In this document: one piece after another, positions 49,114-58,840 of the stretch
Position numbering within the stretch: the stretch's first letter is position 1
How the letters are laid out: the number at the start of each line of letters is the position of its first letter
NCBI GenBank assembly: GCA_038527215.1
Contig: JBCBGC010000007.1
Coordinates: forward strand, 55,424 to 119,423
DNA length: 64,000 nucleotides
DNA from: Bacteroidota bacterium
Lineage (GTDB): Bacteria > Bacteroidota > Bacteroidia > J057
Direction of reading: 5' to 3'
Program-made: the position numbers and the translations under genes
Notes under the pieces: model-generated
What the model was told of the DNA's origin: nothing
Seen by the model: the letters and a program-made list of their open reading frames with translations, nothing else
Databases searched by the model: none

Positions 49114-49133
49114 TTTTCAACCTCAAACTTTCC

Positions 49134-51254
49134 ATGAGATATTTTATCCTGCTGATTTCTTTCCTCCTAAGCCTTCCTGTCAGTGCACAAAACAATCGTC
49201 TGAACTTACTTGATGCGGTAAGCGGGCGCTTATTTCCCAAACGCCTGTTCCAGGTGCAATGGAAAATGGAGAAGGATGCTTTCAGCTATTTTCAACCTGG
49301 AAATCCAGACCTCATGCTCAGGAAAGTGAATGAGGATCCGGAAGTATTGATCACCCTGGCTGATTTCAATGACAAAACGGGCCTCGGTCTGAATAGAATT
49401 CCCCCCCACCAATGGGTGCAAGGCGATCGACTGGCCTTTATGCCTGCGGGGAGCGTGTATGTTTTTGATGTGGACAACCAGACCATAGAAAAGCTTTTTG
49501 ACTTACCGGAAGGGGCCAGCAACCTGGAACTTTCGTCCAGCCTCAATTTGGCTTTCACGGTAGACCACAATCTATACATTGGGCATGCTTTAGATGGAGG
49601 GGTAGAAAAAATCACAGAGGATGGCAATAGGGAGGTAGTTTATGGAGAGGCTGCCCACCGACAGGAGTTTGGCATTTCGAAAGGCTTTTTCTGGAATGAG
49701 CAGGGGGATAAGCTGGCCTTCTATCGGGTGGACCAGCGCATGGTTACAGATTATCCGTTGATCAACTATCAGGAAACCCCTGCGGCTTACACGCCCATCA
49801 AATACCCCATGGCAGGCAGAGCCAGTCACCATGCCACTGTAGGCATTTATGATGTCATCGGACATACCACCAAGTATCTACAGACAGGCGCGCCTGCCGA
49901 GCAATATCTGACCAACATCACCTGGCGGCCTAATGGTGAAGAAATTTGGCTGGCCATCGTTAACCGGGATCAAAACCGTACCGTTCTCCGGGCTTTTGAC
50001 CCAAAATCCGGCGAGGTTCTCACCAGTTTGCTGGATGAAAGGCATGAGAAATATGTAGAGCCAGAGCATGGTCCTTTGTTTTTAGGAGAAAATAAAGATG
50101 AGTTTATCTGGCAGAGTGAAAGAAGCGGCTACAACCATCTCTACCTCTACACGCCGGATGGTTCTCCTCCCAAAGCCCTGACCGAAGGGCCCTGGGAAGT
50201 AAGCCAGGTAATCGGGCTGGATCGAGCTAGCCAGCGGCTTTGGTTTACCTCCACCGAGCAAAGCCCCCTGGAAAGAAGGATCTACGTCCTGAATCTCAAA
50301 AATGGGGAAAAAGAGTTGATTACCGAAGATAAAGGGACCCATGCCGCCAGCCTTAGCCCTACCGGCAAGTTTTTATATCACACTTTGAGCAGCATAGAGG
50401 TTCCCTATCAAGCAGATTTGCTGGAAGCCAAGAATGGGAAACTCAAAGCGGACCTTTTTAGCGCCGCCAATCCCCTGGAGAAGTATGAGCTGGGGCAAAT
50501 GACCCTTTTTCCGATCAAAGCGGAAGATGGTACTTCTCTTTTCTGCCGCATGATCAAACCACTGGATTTCGATCCCGCTAAAAAATATCCCACGGTGGTC
50601 TATGTGTACGGAGGTCCTCATGCCCAATTGGTACAGGATCGCTGGCTGGGAGGAGCGAGTATGTTTCTTTACTATCTGGCTCAAAACGGCTTCCTGGTCT
50701 TTACCATGGATAGCCGGGGCTCAGCCCACCGGGGACTGGAATTTGAACAGGCGATTTTTCGTCAGGTGGGCACCCAGGAAATGGCCGATCAATTGCAGGG
50801 CGTCAACTATCTGAAAGGGCTTCCTTACGTGGACGAAAGCCGTATGGGGGTGCACGGCTGGAGCTATGGTGGATTTATCACCACTTCGCTGATGCTGAAA
50901 CATCCGGAGGTATTTAAGGTAGGCGTCGCGGGTGGACCGGTCATCGACTGGTCGCTGTATGAAATCATGTATACCGAGCGGTATATGGACACGCCCGAGC
51001 AGAATCCAGAAGGCTATGCGCAGGCCAATCTGCTCAATTATGTAGAAAACCTTCAGGGAGACTTATTGATCATTCATGGCTTGCAGGACAATATCGTGGT
51101 GCCGCAGCATACCCGGGCTTTTGTGAGAAAATGTGTGGAGAAGGGCGTGCTGATCGACTACTTCCCCTACCCTACCCATCCGCATAATGTGCGGGGGTTG
51201 GACCGGGCGCATTTGCTCAGCAAGATTTATGATTACTTCAAGGAGAAGTTGTAG
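49134..51254 (+). CDS. S9-family serine peptidase (dipeptidyl-peptidase IV / S9B-like), secreted
   Basis: The start is set at MRYFILLISFLLSLPVSAQ. An N-terminal beta-propeller region is followed by the catalytic triad context GWSYGG (Ser), …HGLQDNIV (Asp) and …PHN (His). Confidence 0.8.
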   Translation: MRYFILLISFLLSLPVSAQNNRLNLLDAVSGRLFPKRLFQVQWKMEKDAFSYFQPGNPDLMLRKVNEDPEVLITLADFNDKTGLGLNRIPPHQWVQGDRLAFMPAGSVYVFDVDNQTIEKLFDLPEGASNLELSSSLNLAFTVDHNLYIGHALDGGVEKITEDGNREVVYGEAAHRQEFGISKGFFWNEQGDKLAFYRVDQRMVTDYPLINYQETPAAYTPIKYPMAGRASHHATVGIYDVIGHTTKYLQTGAPAEQYLTNITWRPNGEEIWLAIVNRDQNRTVLRAFDPKSGEVLTSLLDERHEKYVEPEHGPLFLGENKDEFIWQSERSGYNHLYLYTPDGSPPKALTEGPWEVSQVIGLDRASQRLWFTSTEQSPLERRIYVLNLKNGEKELITEDKGTHAASLSPTGKFLYHTLSSIEVPYQADLLEAKNGKLKADLFSAANPLEKYELGQMTLFPIKAEDGTSLFCRMIKPLDFDPAKKYPTVVYVYGGPHAQLVQDRWLGGASMFLYYLAQNGFLVFTMDSRGSAHRGLEFEQAIFRQVGTQEMADQLQGVNYLKGLPYVDESRMGVHGWSYGGFITTSLMLKHPEVFKVGVAGGPVIDWSLYEIMYTERYMDTPEQNPEGYAQANLLNYVENLQGDLLIIHGLQDNIVVPQHTRAFVRKCVEKGVLIDYFPYPTHPHNVRGLDRAHLLSKIYDYFKEKL

Positions 51255-51259
51255 GGGGA

Positions 51260-51661
51260 TTAGGGGGTTGTCCAGTCTTCAATCGTGAGCTCATTCATTC
51301 TTTCAAAATGGCGAAGGTTGTTCGTAACAAGAACTAAATTGAAGGATGAAGCGCTGGCGCCAATGAGTAAGTCAAAGTCATCTAGGGGTTGACCAAGTTT
51401 CCTTAAACGGGTCTTCTCATTAGCGTAGGCATCGAGCGCATCAAGGATGGGTAGAACCTGAACACCGGAAAGGAACTGGGAAAGTACTTGCTGGTTTTTC
51501 ACTGGGTTCGCACTATTTGCCACCCCAAATTTCAATTCGGCCAAGGTGATCTCGGAAATATACAAATCTCCATTTTCGACTTCGGCAAATCGCTTGTCTA
51601 AGCCGAACTTCCCTTTCATGTAGTAGATACAAATATTGGTGTCTAGCAAATACCCGTTCAA
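51260..51661 (-). CDS. vapC: PIN-domain ribonuclease toxin VapC
   Basis: LLDTNICIY (the first acidic residue), an internal EITLAELKFG and C-terminal VTNN…F are consistent with a PIN domain. It overlaps the upstream small gene by 4 nt. Confidence 0.75.
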   Translation of the reverse strand: MNGYLLDTNICIYYMKGKFGLDKRFAEVENGDLYISEITLAELKFGVANSANPVKNQQVLSQFLSGVQVLPILDALDAYANEKTRLRKLGQPLDDFDLLIGASASSFNLVLVTNNLRHFERMNELTIEDWTTP

Positions 51662-51897
51662 AACGACTCAATATCTCGATAATTTGACCGACTTTCACGG
51701 ACTAACGAAATCATTTCATCCGCCGACTCTTCAGATTCCCAGGCACCAAAAGCCGCTTTCATTAAATTTTCTCCCTGGTCTCTTTCTCTCATCAAAGAGG
51801 CTTTGAGGCGAAGAATCAATTCCTCTTTCCAGCTATTATTTAGCCCTTTGAGTAGCCCCCAGTAGGTGTTCAAAATATTGGAATTAGCCTTCTTCAT
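51658..51897 (-). CDS. Putative antitoxin (VapB-position small protein)
   Basis: It is 79 aa and sits immediately upstream of vapC with an overlap. There is no clear AbrB/RHH signature, so the call is positional. Confidence 0.5.
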   Translation of the reverse strand: MKKANSNILNTYWGLLKGLNNSWKEELILRLKASLMRERDQGENLMKAAFGAWESEESADEMISLVRESRSNYRDIESF

Positions 51898-51957
51898 TAC
51901 AACAAGATATAATATTTTTTTAATCCTTGCTACGATCCCTGAATCTGGTGATTATCT

Positions 51958-52560
51958 CTAGTGCTTGTAAGTAAGCTTCCCCAAATGATAATAAAAACTC
52001 TCATACAGGAGAAATCCCCATTTAGTTGAACGGGATCGATACATAGAGGTTCGGGTGGGGACGCTGTAGGCGGTTATATCCAGGGCATCACACATACTCA
52101 TGGCGCGCTTCATATGGAGCGGGTCAGAGACGAGCAACGCGGATTCCCAATGCTGCTGTCTCATGATTTTCCGGGCTTCCAGCAAGTTTTCGTAGGTGAT
52201 GGTTGAGGATTTTTCGGTAAAAATCGCTGTACCAGGAATTCCCCGCTCCCTTGCATACTGCCTGGCGGCATCACTGTCTGCTATCTCTTCTCCTTGCCCC
52301 ATCCCTCCGGTGAACAACAAATAGTCCACTCTTTTTTCCTGCCATAAGCTAATGCCTTCTTCCACCCGCTCTCTAAACACAGGCGACAAGTTACCGTGAT
52401 GGCTACCAGCGCCTAGAATGATGGCCACAGGGGCAGCTTGATCTGAATATCGGAGGCTGTATTGATAAATTTGAAAGGTATTCCATGAGATAAGCCCCAG
52501 CCCCAACAGTAGCAGCGAGATTCCCCCTCGCTTGAGCCATTTTTTCGGCTTAGCTTTCAT
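51958..52560 (-). CDS. DUF218 (YdcF/SanA/ElyC-family) protein with N-terminal TM anchor
   Basis: VAIILGAGSHHGNLSPVFRERVEEGISLWQEKRVDYLLFTGGMG… is a DUF218 core, and an N-terminal TM segment is present. Confidence 0.7.
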   Translation of the reverse strand: MKAKPKKWLKRGGISLLLLGLGLISWNTFQIYQYSLRYSDQAAPVAIILGAGSHHGNLSPVFRERVEEGISLWQEKRVDYLLFTGGMGQGEEIADSDAARQYARERGIPGTAIFTEKSSTITYENLLEARKIMRQQHWESALLVSDPLHMKRAMSMCDALDITAYSVPTRTSMYRSRSTKWGFLLYESFYYHLGKLTYKH

Positions 52561-53134
52561 TTTTCCAGCGCTTCAGCACCACTTCCCCTCTGGGAGATAA
52601 CTGGTACCCCACCTCCAATGAAATGGTCAGGCCCAGGTTCTTGAGTTTGCGGACCTGTGGCTTCAGCCAGGCTTGTTCCACCGCTAACTCAGCGGCGAGG
52701 CGTTTAGAGCCCGTAGCGGGATGGGCTTGAATGGCTTGCATCACCCTCTCCACCCAAGGGCCATGCTTGCCCTGGTCAAAACGCTGGAGCTTTTTCTTGA
52801 GCTTTCTCCATTCCTCTTCCGGAATATCAGTTTCCGCTCGTAAAGCCAGACGAGGATCTGCTCCGGCATATCTCACCCCAATCCGATACAGTTGCCCATC
52901 TGGTCGCTTAGCGGCCTCTGCTGTTAGCTCAGTCAGGGAAGCATAGCCAGCCTGCAAGGCTTCTTCCGCAGTGAGCATGTCCAGCTGGGTTTCTTCAATG
53001 GAGAGGATCTCCACCAGGCCAAGCGGGGTTTTGATCTGGGAACCCACCTTGACCCGAGGGCTGGCCCAGGTCCGGAAGACCAGGCTGATTTCCCCGGATT
53101 TGATCCGGGCCAGATCGGACAGGGTGATGAGCAT
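52550..53134 (-). CDS. Small protein with ASCH/PUA-like N-terminal region and C-terminal winged-helix-like segment
   Basis: RIKSGEISLVFRTW…LGLVEILSIEE resembles an ASCH beta-barrel signature. The C-terminal RLAAELAVEQAWLKPQVRKLKNLGLTI is HTH-like. There is a 2-nt gap from the giant ATPase stop and it overlaps the DUF218 start. Confidence 0.35.
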   Translation of the reverse strand: MLITLSDLARIKSGEISLVFRTWASPRVKVGSQIKTPLGLVEILSIEETQLDMLTAEEALQAGYASLTELTAEAAKRPDGQLYRIGVRYAGADPRLALRAETDIPEEEWRKLKKKLQRFDQGKHGPWVERVMQAIQAHPATGSKRLAAELAVEQAWLKPQVRKLKNLGLTISLEVGYQLSPRGEVVLKRWKNES

Positions 53135-53136
53135 GC

Positions 53137-56100
53137 TTATTTGGATTTCTTTTTCCCATTTTCCATGCCTTTCTCCAGCACTTCCTTGATGCCCATGAGA
53201 CCTTCAGAAAAGGCGCCCATTTCCCGGACAAGCTGAGCCATGCGGTCCGCAGACATCATTTTCTGTTGCATGAAAATCTGACAGATTTCCTTCCAACGGG
53301 CTTCATCTGTTTCTTTCGCATAGCCGTTCATCTGCTTGAATTTAAGCAGGTTGGCCTCGGCACCGGAAGTAAGGGTTTGCGCCTCTCCTTCGTAATGGGA
53401 TAGGATGAGGGTGTTCAATTCTTCTTCGTTCATGATGGGCATGACTTTTTCAGCCAGCTTGTTCATGTTACGGTAAGACCCCTGTAATTGGAAGCGTGGT
53501 TCGGTCCGGTATTCATCCGACTGAGCTGCAGACCGGATGTAGCCCAGGTTTACCTTCAGGATGACATCCCGAAGTCGGAAGAGCTTTCTGAGTACCGACA
53601 AATAATCATTCAGGTCTTCAGGGCTTACATGACTACTCAGATCCAGGCTGGTTTCTTCCCCAGATTCCGCCAAACGGGCCAACTGATGAATATCCTTCTG
53701 AGGTAAACCTGCCATGCGGGCCAGGATAGGATTAGATGTTAGGGCATTTTCGATGTAGGAGAGCTTGAAGGCGTCATCACTGTCGCCAATGATATCTCCC
53801 AGGTTATAGGTATCGGCCCGGTTGGCCAACATGTCAGGAATCTGAAACTTTTCCCCGCTCTCAGTATAGGGGTTACCTGCCATGACCACGACCACCTTTT
53901 TGCCGCGCAGGTCATAGGTGCGGGTTTTGCCTTTATAGACGCCCTCGATTTTGCGTTGGGCATCACAGAGAGAGATAAATTTTTGCAAAAACTCCGGATG
54001 GCAATGCTGGATGTCATCCACATACAACATCACATTATCTCCCATTTCCAGGGCGAGGTTGAGCTTTTCGAGTTCCTCTCTGGCGGCGGCATTGGGCGCT
54101 TCGGCAGGGTCTAAAGAGGTTACCTGATGGCCAATGGCCGGCCCGTTGATCTTCATGAAAATCAGACCGAGTCGATTAGCGATATACTCCATCAGGGTAG
54201 TCTTACCATATCCGGGAGGAGAAATCAGCAACAACATGCCCATGCGATCGGTGCGGGTGTTTTCTCCCACGGTGCCCATCTGTTTGGCCAAGTTATCGCC
54301 TATCAGGGGTAAATATACTTTATCGATCAGTTGGTTTCGGACAAAAGAGGTCAGGACCCGGGGCTGGAAAGATTCCAGCTTAAGCTCTTCCCTGAATTGG
54401 GCTGTGAGCTCCTTTTTTAACTGCGTAAAGCGCTCGAATAAGGGTAAGGTCTCTGCGTGAAATAACGCCAGTTTTTCCTTGAGCAAATGATAATTCAGCG
54501 CATAGCTTCCCCCTTCCAGTACCGCATGATCTCCCGCCAGTCCAGATAGGACCAAACGGGTCTTAGCGATAATAACTTTCCCGCTTTTTTCCGTTCCGGT
54601 AAGTAACAGAGCCGCCATTTCTTCCGCATACAGTGCGTCAATCGCCTGGCCTGCTTCGTCTTGCAGAAAGGCCTTGACCCAATGTTGGACCAAATCCCAA
54701 CGAGCTACAGATTCCAAGGGAAGCTGAGCGATAGACTGCTTGAAGTTGGTGGTCGCCTTACGCTTTTTCAGAAAGGCCCGAAAGGCTTTGAGGCCTTCCT
54801 CAGCTTCTGAAGCGATAGAAAAATCGCCATTCAAGGTAAGTTCCTGAAACAGGTAGCTGGCAGCCTGAGCAGCAATAGCCGGGTCAAAAATGGGGTCCTC
54901 AGTCAAAAAGACAGCCATTTTTTCCTGAATCTCCTCAATCAGGCTATCAAACTCATGAGTCTGAGGGAATACCTTCAACACCAAAGCAGCGCCTTTCAAC
55001 TGATGTTCCAGCAGGACTTTTTCGTCCGCGTCCAGGTATACTTCCCAAAACAGCCGAGAAAAAGCTCTCACGCCAGGTGCGTAGGTCAGTAAGCCCATTT
55101 TTTCCTCCATCTCCAATAAGGCACGAAGAATCAAGGCCGCATCATGATCATGTACACCTTTTACATAGCCTTCATGGAAGCGAGGGGCCATATATTTTTG
55201 GACAAAAGCCTGTAAGGCAGGCTGCTCTTTCTGGAGCAGGTCGGCTCGATCCTCTCCCTTTAGCAGTTGCAACAGCTTCATGGCGAGGAATTCTGCCCGA
55301 TATACCCGCTCATTCTCAGAAATGATACTTTGTTGCCAAACCGGCGCGGTGCTGAGAAAAGCCTGGTCGGCAATCGGCTCGAAGAAATTGGTGCCCGTCA
55401 GGTGGAACATCATTTCTCCTTCTCTGGGCACCACGGTCAGGTCCAGGTTTTGGGTATTGACGGCAAAGGCATGTCTGCCAAACTGGATGACATTCTCTCC
55501 GTCTACAAATAATTCTTCCCGGTCTTTCAGCTGCCGGATCGCTTCTTCCTGGGTAGTCTTGAGCCGTGCCTGCAGGTCTCCAGCCTTCACGGCATCCTGC
55601 ATGTCTGTCAAGTCAGCAATAATGTCTCTCACCTTGCTGACCATGAGGTCAGCGGCGAAGTAGGCATGAATTTCCTTGATTTCCTTGACTTGCTTCAGGC
55701 GGTTGCTGATCCCTTTTAGGATGCGCTCGGCAGAAGAAAACAAAGCCTGGCTACGCTTATTGCGGGCCTCCAATAAGGCCAGCCTGCGGGTCTCAAAGGC
55801 TGCATATATTTCTTCGCGCTTCTCCCCTAGCTCGGTGATAAACTGATCAAAGTCCACAAATTTCCCTTCCAGTTCTTCTAACTGGACCATGAGTTTGGTG
55901 AGGTATTCCTCACACTTCTCCGGGCTGTCGCAAAGGTCGATATAGTTGATCAGGCCCTGATTCAGGAGCTTGAGCTGGGCGGCAAATTCTGCGGTAGCTT
56001 CGGTACCCTGCAGGTCTTTCCGCGCTTTTTTCAACTGCGCTCTCAGGGTATTGAGTGAAGCATAAATGGTGGAAATCCGGTCAATGATGGCTGTGGTTTG

Positions 56101-58053
56101 GGTTGCATCCTCTATTTTGAGGTTGCCCACCACTTCAATCAACAATTCCAATTGCCGTCCGGTCTCATCGATCCGACTGCCTACTTCATCAGCTTCAGCT
56201 ACCTTGGTAATAGAGCCCACGGCCTGGTCGAGTTCCTCCACCTGGGCTACATAAGGTTGCAAGGCATCTTCCTTGAGCAAAAAGTTGACACAAGCCTCAG
56301 ACATCTCCTGGCTATGCCCATTTACCGCTTCCTCAAACTCCTCCACTTTCGCCAGGTCAGCATAACGCAGGTCTTTGAGGGCGATGATCTCCCCTTTTAG
56401 GGCGCGAAGATCAGACAAGTATCCAACGAACTGCTCGATTTTCTGGGGTTTCTTCCGCTTAATTTTATCCAGCAGGTCCTCCAGGTTTCGAGCCGTGGTG
56501 GAGAAACTTTCCGCCGTATTTTTCTTGATCCTCCGAACCTTTTCAAACTCATCAATCGCCGAGGCGGCAGTTTCCCTGATGGCGTTCAAGGGCTCACTTA
56601 GGGTAAAGGCATCGGCGTGGTTGATCCAGTAATAGGAATCCACCACGTCTCCGGTCTTTTTGACCAGATCGATATAGAGGTTGCCGTAAGAATCCTCCCG
56701 GTTGAGCAGGGTCAGCACTTCATTACATTCAGCCATGCCCCGGACCAAATCTTTATTGCCGACTTTGTACAAATAGGTATCGGCTTTCCCATTAGGAACC
56801 TGAGAGGTCTGCCCATAGGGCGTCTGCCAGACTTGGACCACATGATGCCGCCCAGGCTCGCTCTCCGCCCGAAAATAGCAGAGTTCTCCATTGGGGAAAA
56901 TGGTAAATCCGTGACAGATGATAGGGGTATCAACTTCCTGGGCTACCAGGTTATAGGGTAGCAAGACATACTCGCCGCTGAGGGGCTGAAAAAATACATA
57001 GAGAAAGTCTTCGCCATTCGGAGAGACGATCCTTTTTTCAAAATGAAGGTCAGCCAGGACTTTGTCGAAAATTTTATAGTTACCGGTCTGAAGGTAATAG
57101 CCATTGGAAAAAATGATGCCTTGCTCGTCCGGCAAGCGTACACAAGCCTCTTCCAAAGCATCTACCCGCAATACCTCCTGCATTTTTTCATTAAAGATGA
57201 GGTAGCGCCACTCTTTTTCCTGGTAGGGACGCACTTTGAGCAACACCAGGTTCCCCAGGTCTGCATAGTAGATGTCCGCGTCATCCAGGGTTTGCTCCTG
57301 ATGCTCCACTGGCTCTTGGTAGATGCCCAATCCGGAGTCGGTATTGTCCTCCACTTTGATGGTTAAGTCGCCACCAACCGTCTCGACAAAGAGGCGATCT
57401 TCAATCGATACATGGGGATGGGTTCCCCGGCGATGCATCTCCCGGGAGGTACGTTTCCAGCTAAATTCATGCTGGGCGGGATATCGAAACTCATGATCAA
57501 AACGATTGCCTAAGTAGGTGAGCTTGTCCTCTCCTATGGCCCACTTAAAGGTTTTGATATCGGAGGTATTTTTACCTACCTGAAAAACCATGAAAAGATG
57601 CGGGCCGATCAGGGCAAATTTGGCAAAAACGGTATCCTTATAATACTTGTAAAGGTTATGGAAGTCTTCATGAAACTGGGCATCGGCCAGTAAGTCCAGC
57701 GCTTCCTCGTGAAAACTATGGTCCTTTCCTTCAAAACGATATGCGCTGAAGACGTCTTCCATTTTAATCTCCGTCCGGAGACCGATATGTACATTATAAG
57801 CAAAGAGGAAATGATGGCCTATGGCGACCATATCCTGCGGGATACAGTTGTTGGAGGTGGTGATGCGATCATTGGCGAGGAGTTGGGTTTCCACCGTACC
57901 AAAGACCTCCTTTCGAGCCTGATTGAGTTCCTCCATACGCTCTCGCAGTCCTTTGGCCTGGTTTGAGAGCCTGGAGCGGATAATTTCATACGTGCCCCCT
58001 TCTAACTGAGGGGTATTTTCAGTGGGTGTGGTATGTGCGGTTTTTTCTTTCAT
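53137..58053 (-). CDS. Giant (1638 aa) multidomain protein with MoxR/AAA_5-class AAA+ ATPase core near the C-terminus
   Basis: Walker A is LLLISPPGYGKTTL, encoded at about 54196-54225. Walker B/arginine region is VMLYVDDIQHCHPEFLQKF at about 54003-54030. The sensor is VVVVMAGNPYTESGEKFQIPDMLANRADTY, a MoxR-like NP motif. The N-terminal approximately 480 aa are beta-rich, and aa 500-900 form long heptad-like helices. Confidence 0.75.
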   Translation of the reverse strand: MKEKTAHTTPTENTPQLEGGTYEIIRSRLSNQAKGLRERMEELNQARKEVFGTVETQLLANDRITTSNNCIPQDMVAIGHHFLFAYNVHIGLRTEIKMEDVFSAYRFEGKDHSFHEEALDLLADAQFHEDFHNLYKYYKDTVFAKFALIGPHLFMVFQVGKNTSDIKTFKWAIGEDKLTYLGNRFDHEFRYPAQHEFSWKRTSREMHRRGTHPHVSIEDRLFVETVGGDLTIKVEDNTDSGLGIYQEPVEHQEQTLDDADIYYADLGNLVLLKVRPYQEKEWRYLIFNEKMQEVLRVDALEEACVRLPDEQGIIFSNGYYLQTGNYKIFDKVLADLHFEKRIVSPNGEDFLYVFFQPLSGEYVLLPYNLVAQEVDTPIICHGFTIFPNGELCYFRAESEPGRHHVVQVWQTPYGQTSQVPNGKADTYLYKVGNKDLVRGMAECNEVLTLLNREDSYGNLYIDLVKKTGDVVDSYYWINHADAFTLSEPLNAIRETAASAIDEFEKVRRIKKNTAESFSTTARNLEDLLDKIKRKKPQKIEQFVGYLSDLRALKGEIIALKDLRYADLAKVEEFEEAVNGHSQEMSEACVNFLLKEDALQPYVAQVEELDQAVGSITKVAEADEVGSRIDETGRQLELLIEVVGNLKIEDATQTTAIIDRISTIYASLNTLRAQLKKARKDLQGTEATAEFAAQLKLLNQGLINYIDLCDSPEKCEEYLTKLMVQLEELEGKFVDFDQFITELGEKREEIYAAFETRRLALLEARNKRSQALFSSAERILKGISNRLKQVKEIKEIHAYFAADLMVSKVRDIIADLTDMQDAVKAGDLQARLKTTQEEAIRQLKDREELFVDGENVIQFGRHAFAVNTQNLDLTVVPREGEMMFHLTGTNFFEPIADQAFLSTAPVWQQSIISENERVYRAEFLAMKLLQLLKGEDRADLLQKEQPALQAFVQKYMAPRFHEGYVKGVHDHDAALILRALLEMEEKMGLLTYAPGVRAFSRLFWEVYLDADEKVLLEHQLKGAALVLKVFPQTHEFDSLIEEIQEKMAVFLTEDPIFDPAIAAQAASYLFQELTLNGDFSIASEAEEGLKAFRAFLKKRKATTNFKQSIAQLPLESVARWDLVQHWVKAFLQDEAGQAIDALYAEEMAALLLTGTEKSGKVIIAKTRLVLSGLAGDHAVLEGGSYALNYHLLKEKLALFHAETLPLFERFTQLKKELTAQFREELKLESFQPRVLTSFVRNQLIDKVYLPLIGDNLAKQMGTVGENTRTDRMGMLLLISPPGYGKTTLMEYIANRLGLIFMKINGPAIGHQVTSLDPAEAPNAAAREELEKLNLALEMGDNVMLYVDDIQHCHPEFLQKFISLCDAQRKIEGVYKGKTRTYDLRGKKVVVVMAGNPYTESGEKFQIPDMLANRADTYNLGDIIGDSDDAFKLSYIENALTSNPILARMAGLPQKDIHQLARLAESGEETSLDLSSHVSPEDLNDYLSVLRKLFRLRDVILKVNLGYIRSAAQSDEYRTEPRFQLQGSYRNMNKLAEKVMPIMNEEELNTLILSHYEGEAQTLTSGAEANLLKFKQMNGYAKETDEARWKEICQIFMQQKMMSADRMAQLVREMGAFSEGLMGIKEVLEKGMENGKKKSK

Positions 58054-58095
58054 GTTTGATGCACCAGTTAAGGTGAGGCAGTCGGGAAATCCTCA

Positions 58096-58824
58096 TCAGG
58101 TTTCCGAATCCACTGCCGGCCTTTGGCTTTGATCTTCTTCCAAAGGCAATTGTTGGCGGATGGCATCTTTGATTTGCTCTAAATGCTGATCCAGGGGTTT
58201 GAGGCCACTTTTTTCTAGCTCATAGGTCAGTCCGTGCCCATACCAAATGAGCAGGGTCCCAAATTCAGGAGACCAATATTTATAATGGCCTGGGGCGTCA
58301 TCTCCTGCATGAGCATATCCCTTAAGCTCGTACCAGGTATAGGCCTGGTCCCCTAGCTGCAAATGTTGTTCTTCGGTAATCTCCACTTCCAGGGCTTCCA
58401 ATCCGGAAAACCAACTTGAGTCAGGAGATTCGAGCACCTGGTAATTGATCAGGTCCTGCCGGGTGCCCATCTGGGTGAGGTCCAGCTCCATTTCGGAGAG
58501 ATAGTACTCCTTGGTGGCTGCGGCTCCTTCTCCCTGGAAGGTGTTGTACAGTTCGAAATGCCGAAAGCGTTTTTGGTCCAAGGCTTGTAGAAAAATTTTG
58601 ATTTCTTCTGTTAGGTTGGACTCTCCGTTGGTCTTTTGTTCGTAGGTCCGTGCCTGGACTGACTGATCGAGATAGCGGGCCCATTCAATCCGGTCCTCTC
58701 CACTGGGTGGGGGAGTTTTCACTTCCTGGCAGGCAATAGGCAGGCTAAGCATGGCAAGGAAGAAGAGGCGTCCTCCCCTGGACAGGGAGGCACGCTTCTT
58801 TGGTATATTTGATTGATGGGGCAT
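58096..58824 (-). CDS. Hypothetical lipoprotein
   Basis: The signal/lipobox reads LFFLAMLSLPIAC. It sits between the flotillin and giant ATPase genes, with a 16-nt gap after the flotillin stop. Confidence 0.5.
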   Translation of the reverse strand: MPHQSNIPKKRASLSRGGRLFFLAMLSLPIACQEVKTPPPSGEDRIEWARYLDQSVQARTYEQKTNGESNLTEEIKIFLQALDQKRFRHFELYNTFQGEGAAATKEYYLSEMELDLTQMGTRQDLINYQVLESPDSSWFSGLEALEVEITEEQHLQLGDQAYTWYELKGYAHAGDDAPGHYKYWSPEFGTLLIWYGHGLTYELEKSGLKPLDQHLEQIKDAIRQQLPLEEDQSQRPAVDSET

Positions 58825-58840
58825 AAGGATCAGACATCTC

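Noticed and set aside
41379-58053. RADAR-like defence (AAA+ ATPase RdrA + adenosine deaminase RdrB)
   Set aside because: The deaminase is 10 kb from the giant ATPase, on a separate transcription unit. It carries an export signal and is ADGF-like rather than RdrB-like in size (521 versus about 800 aa).
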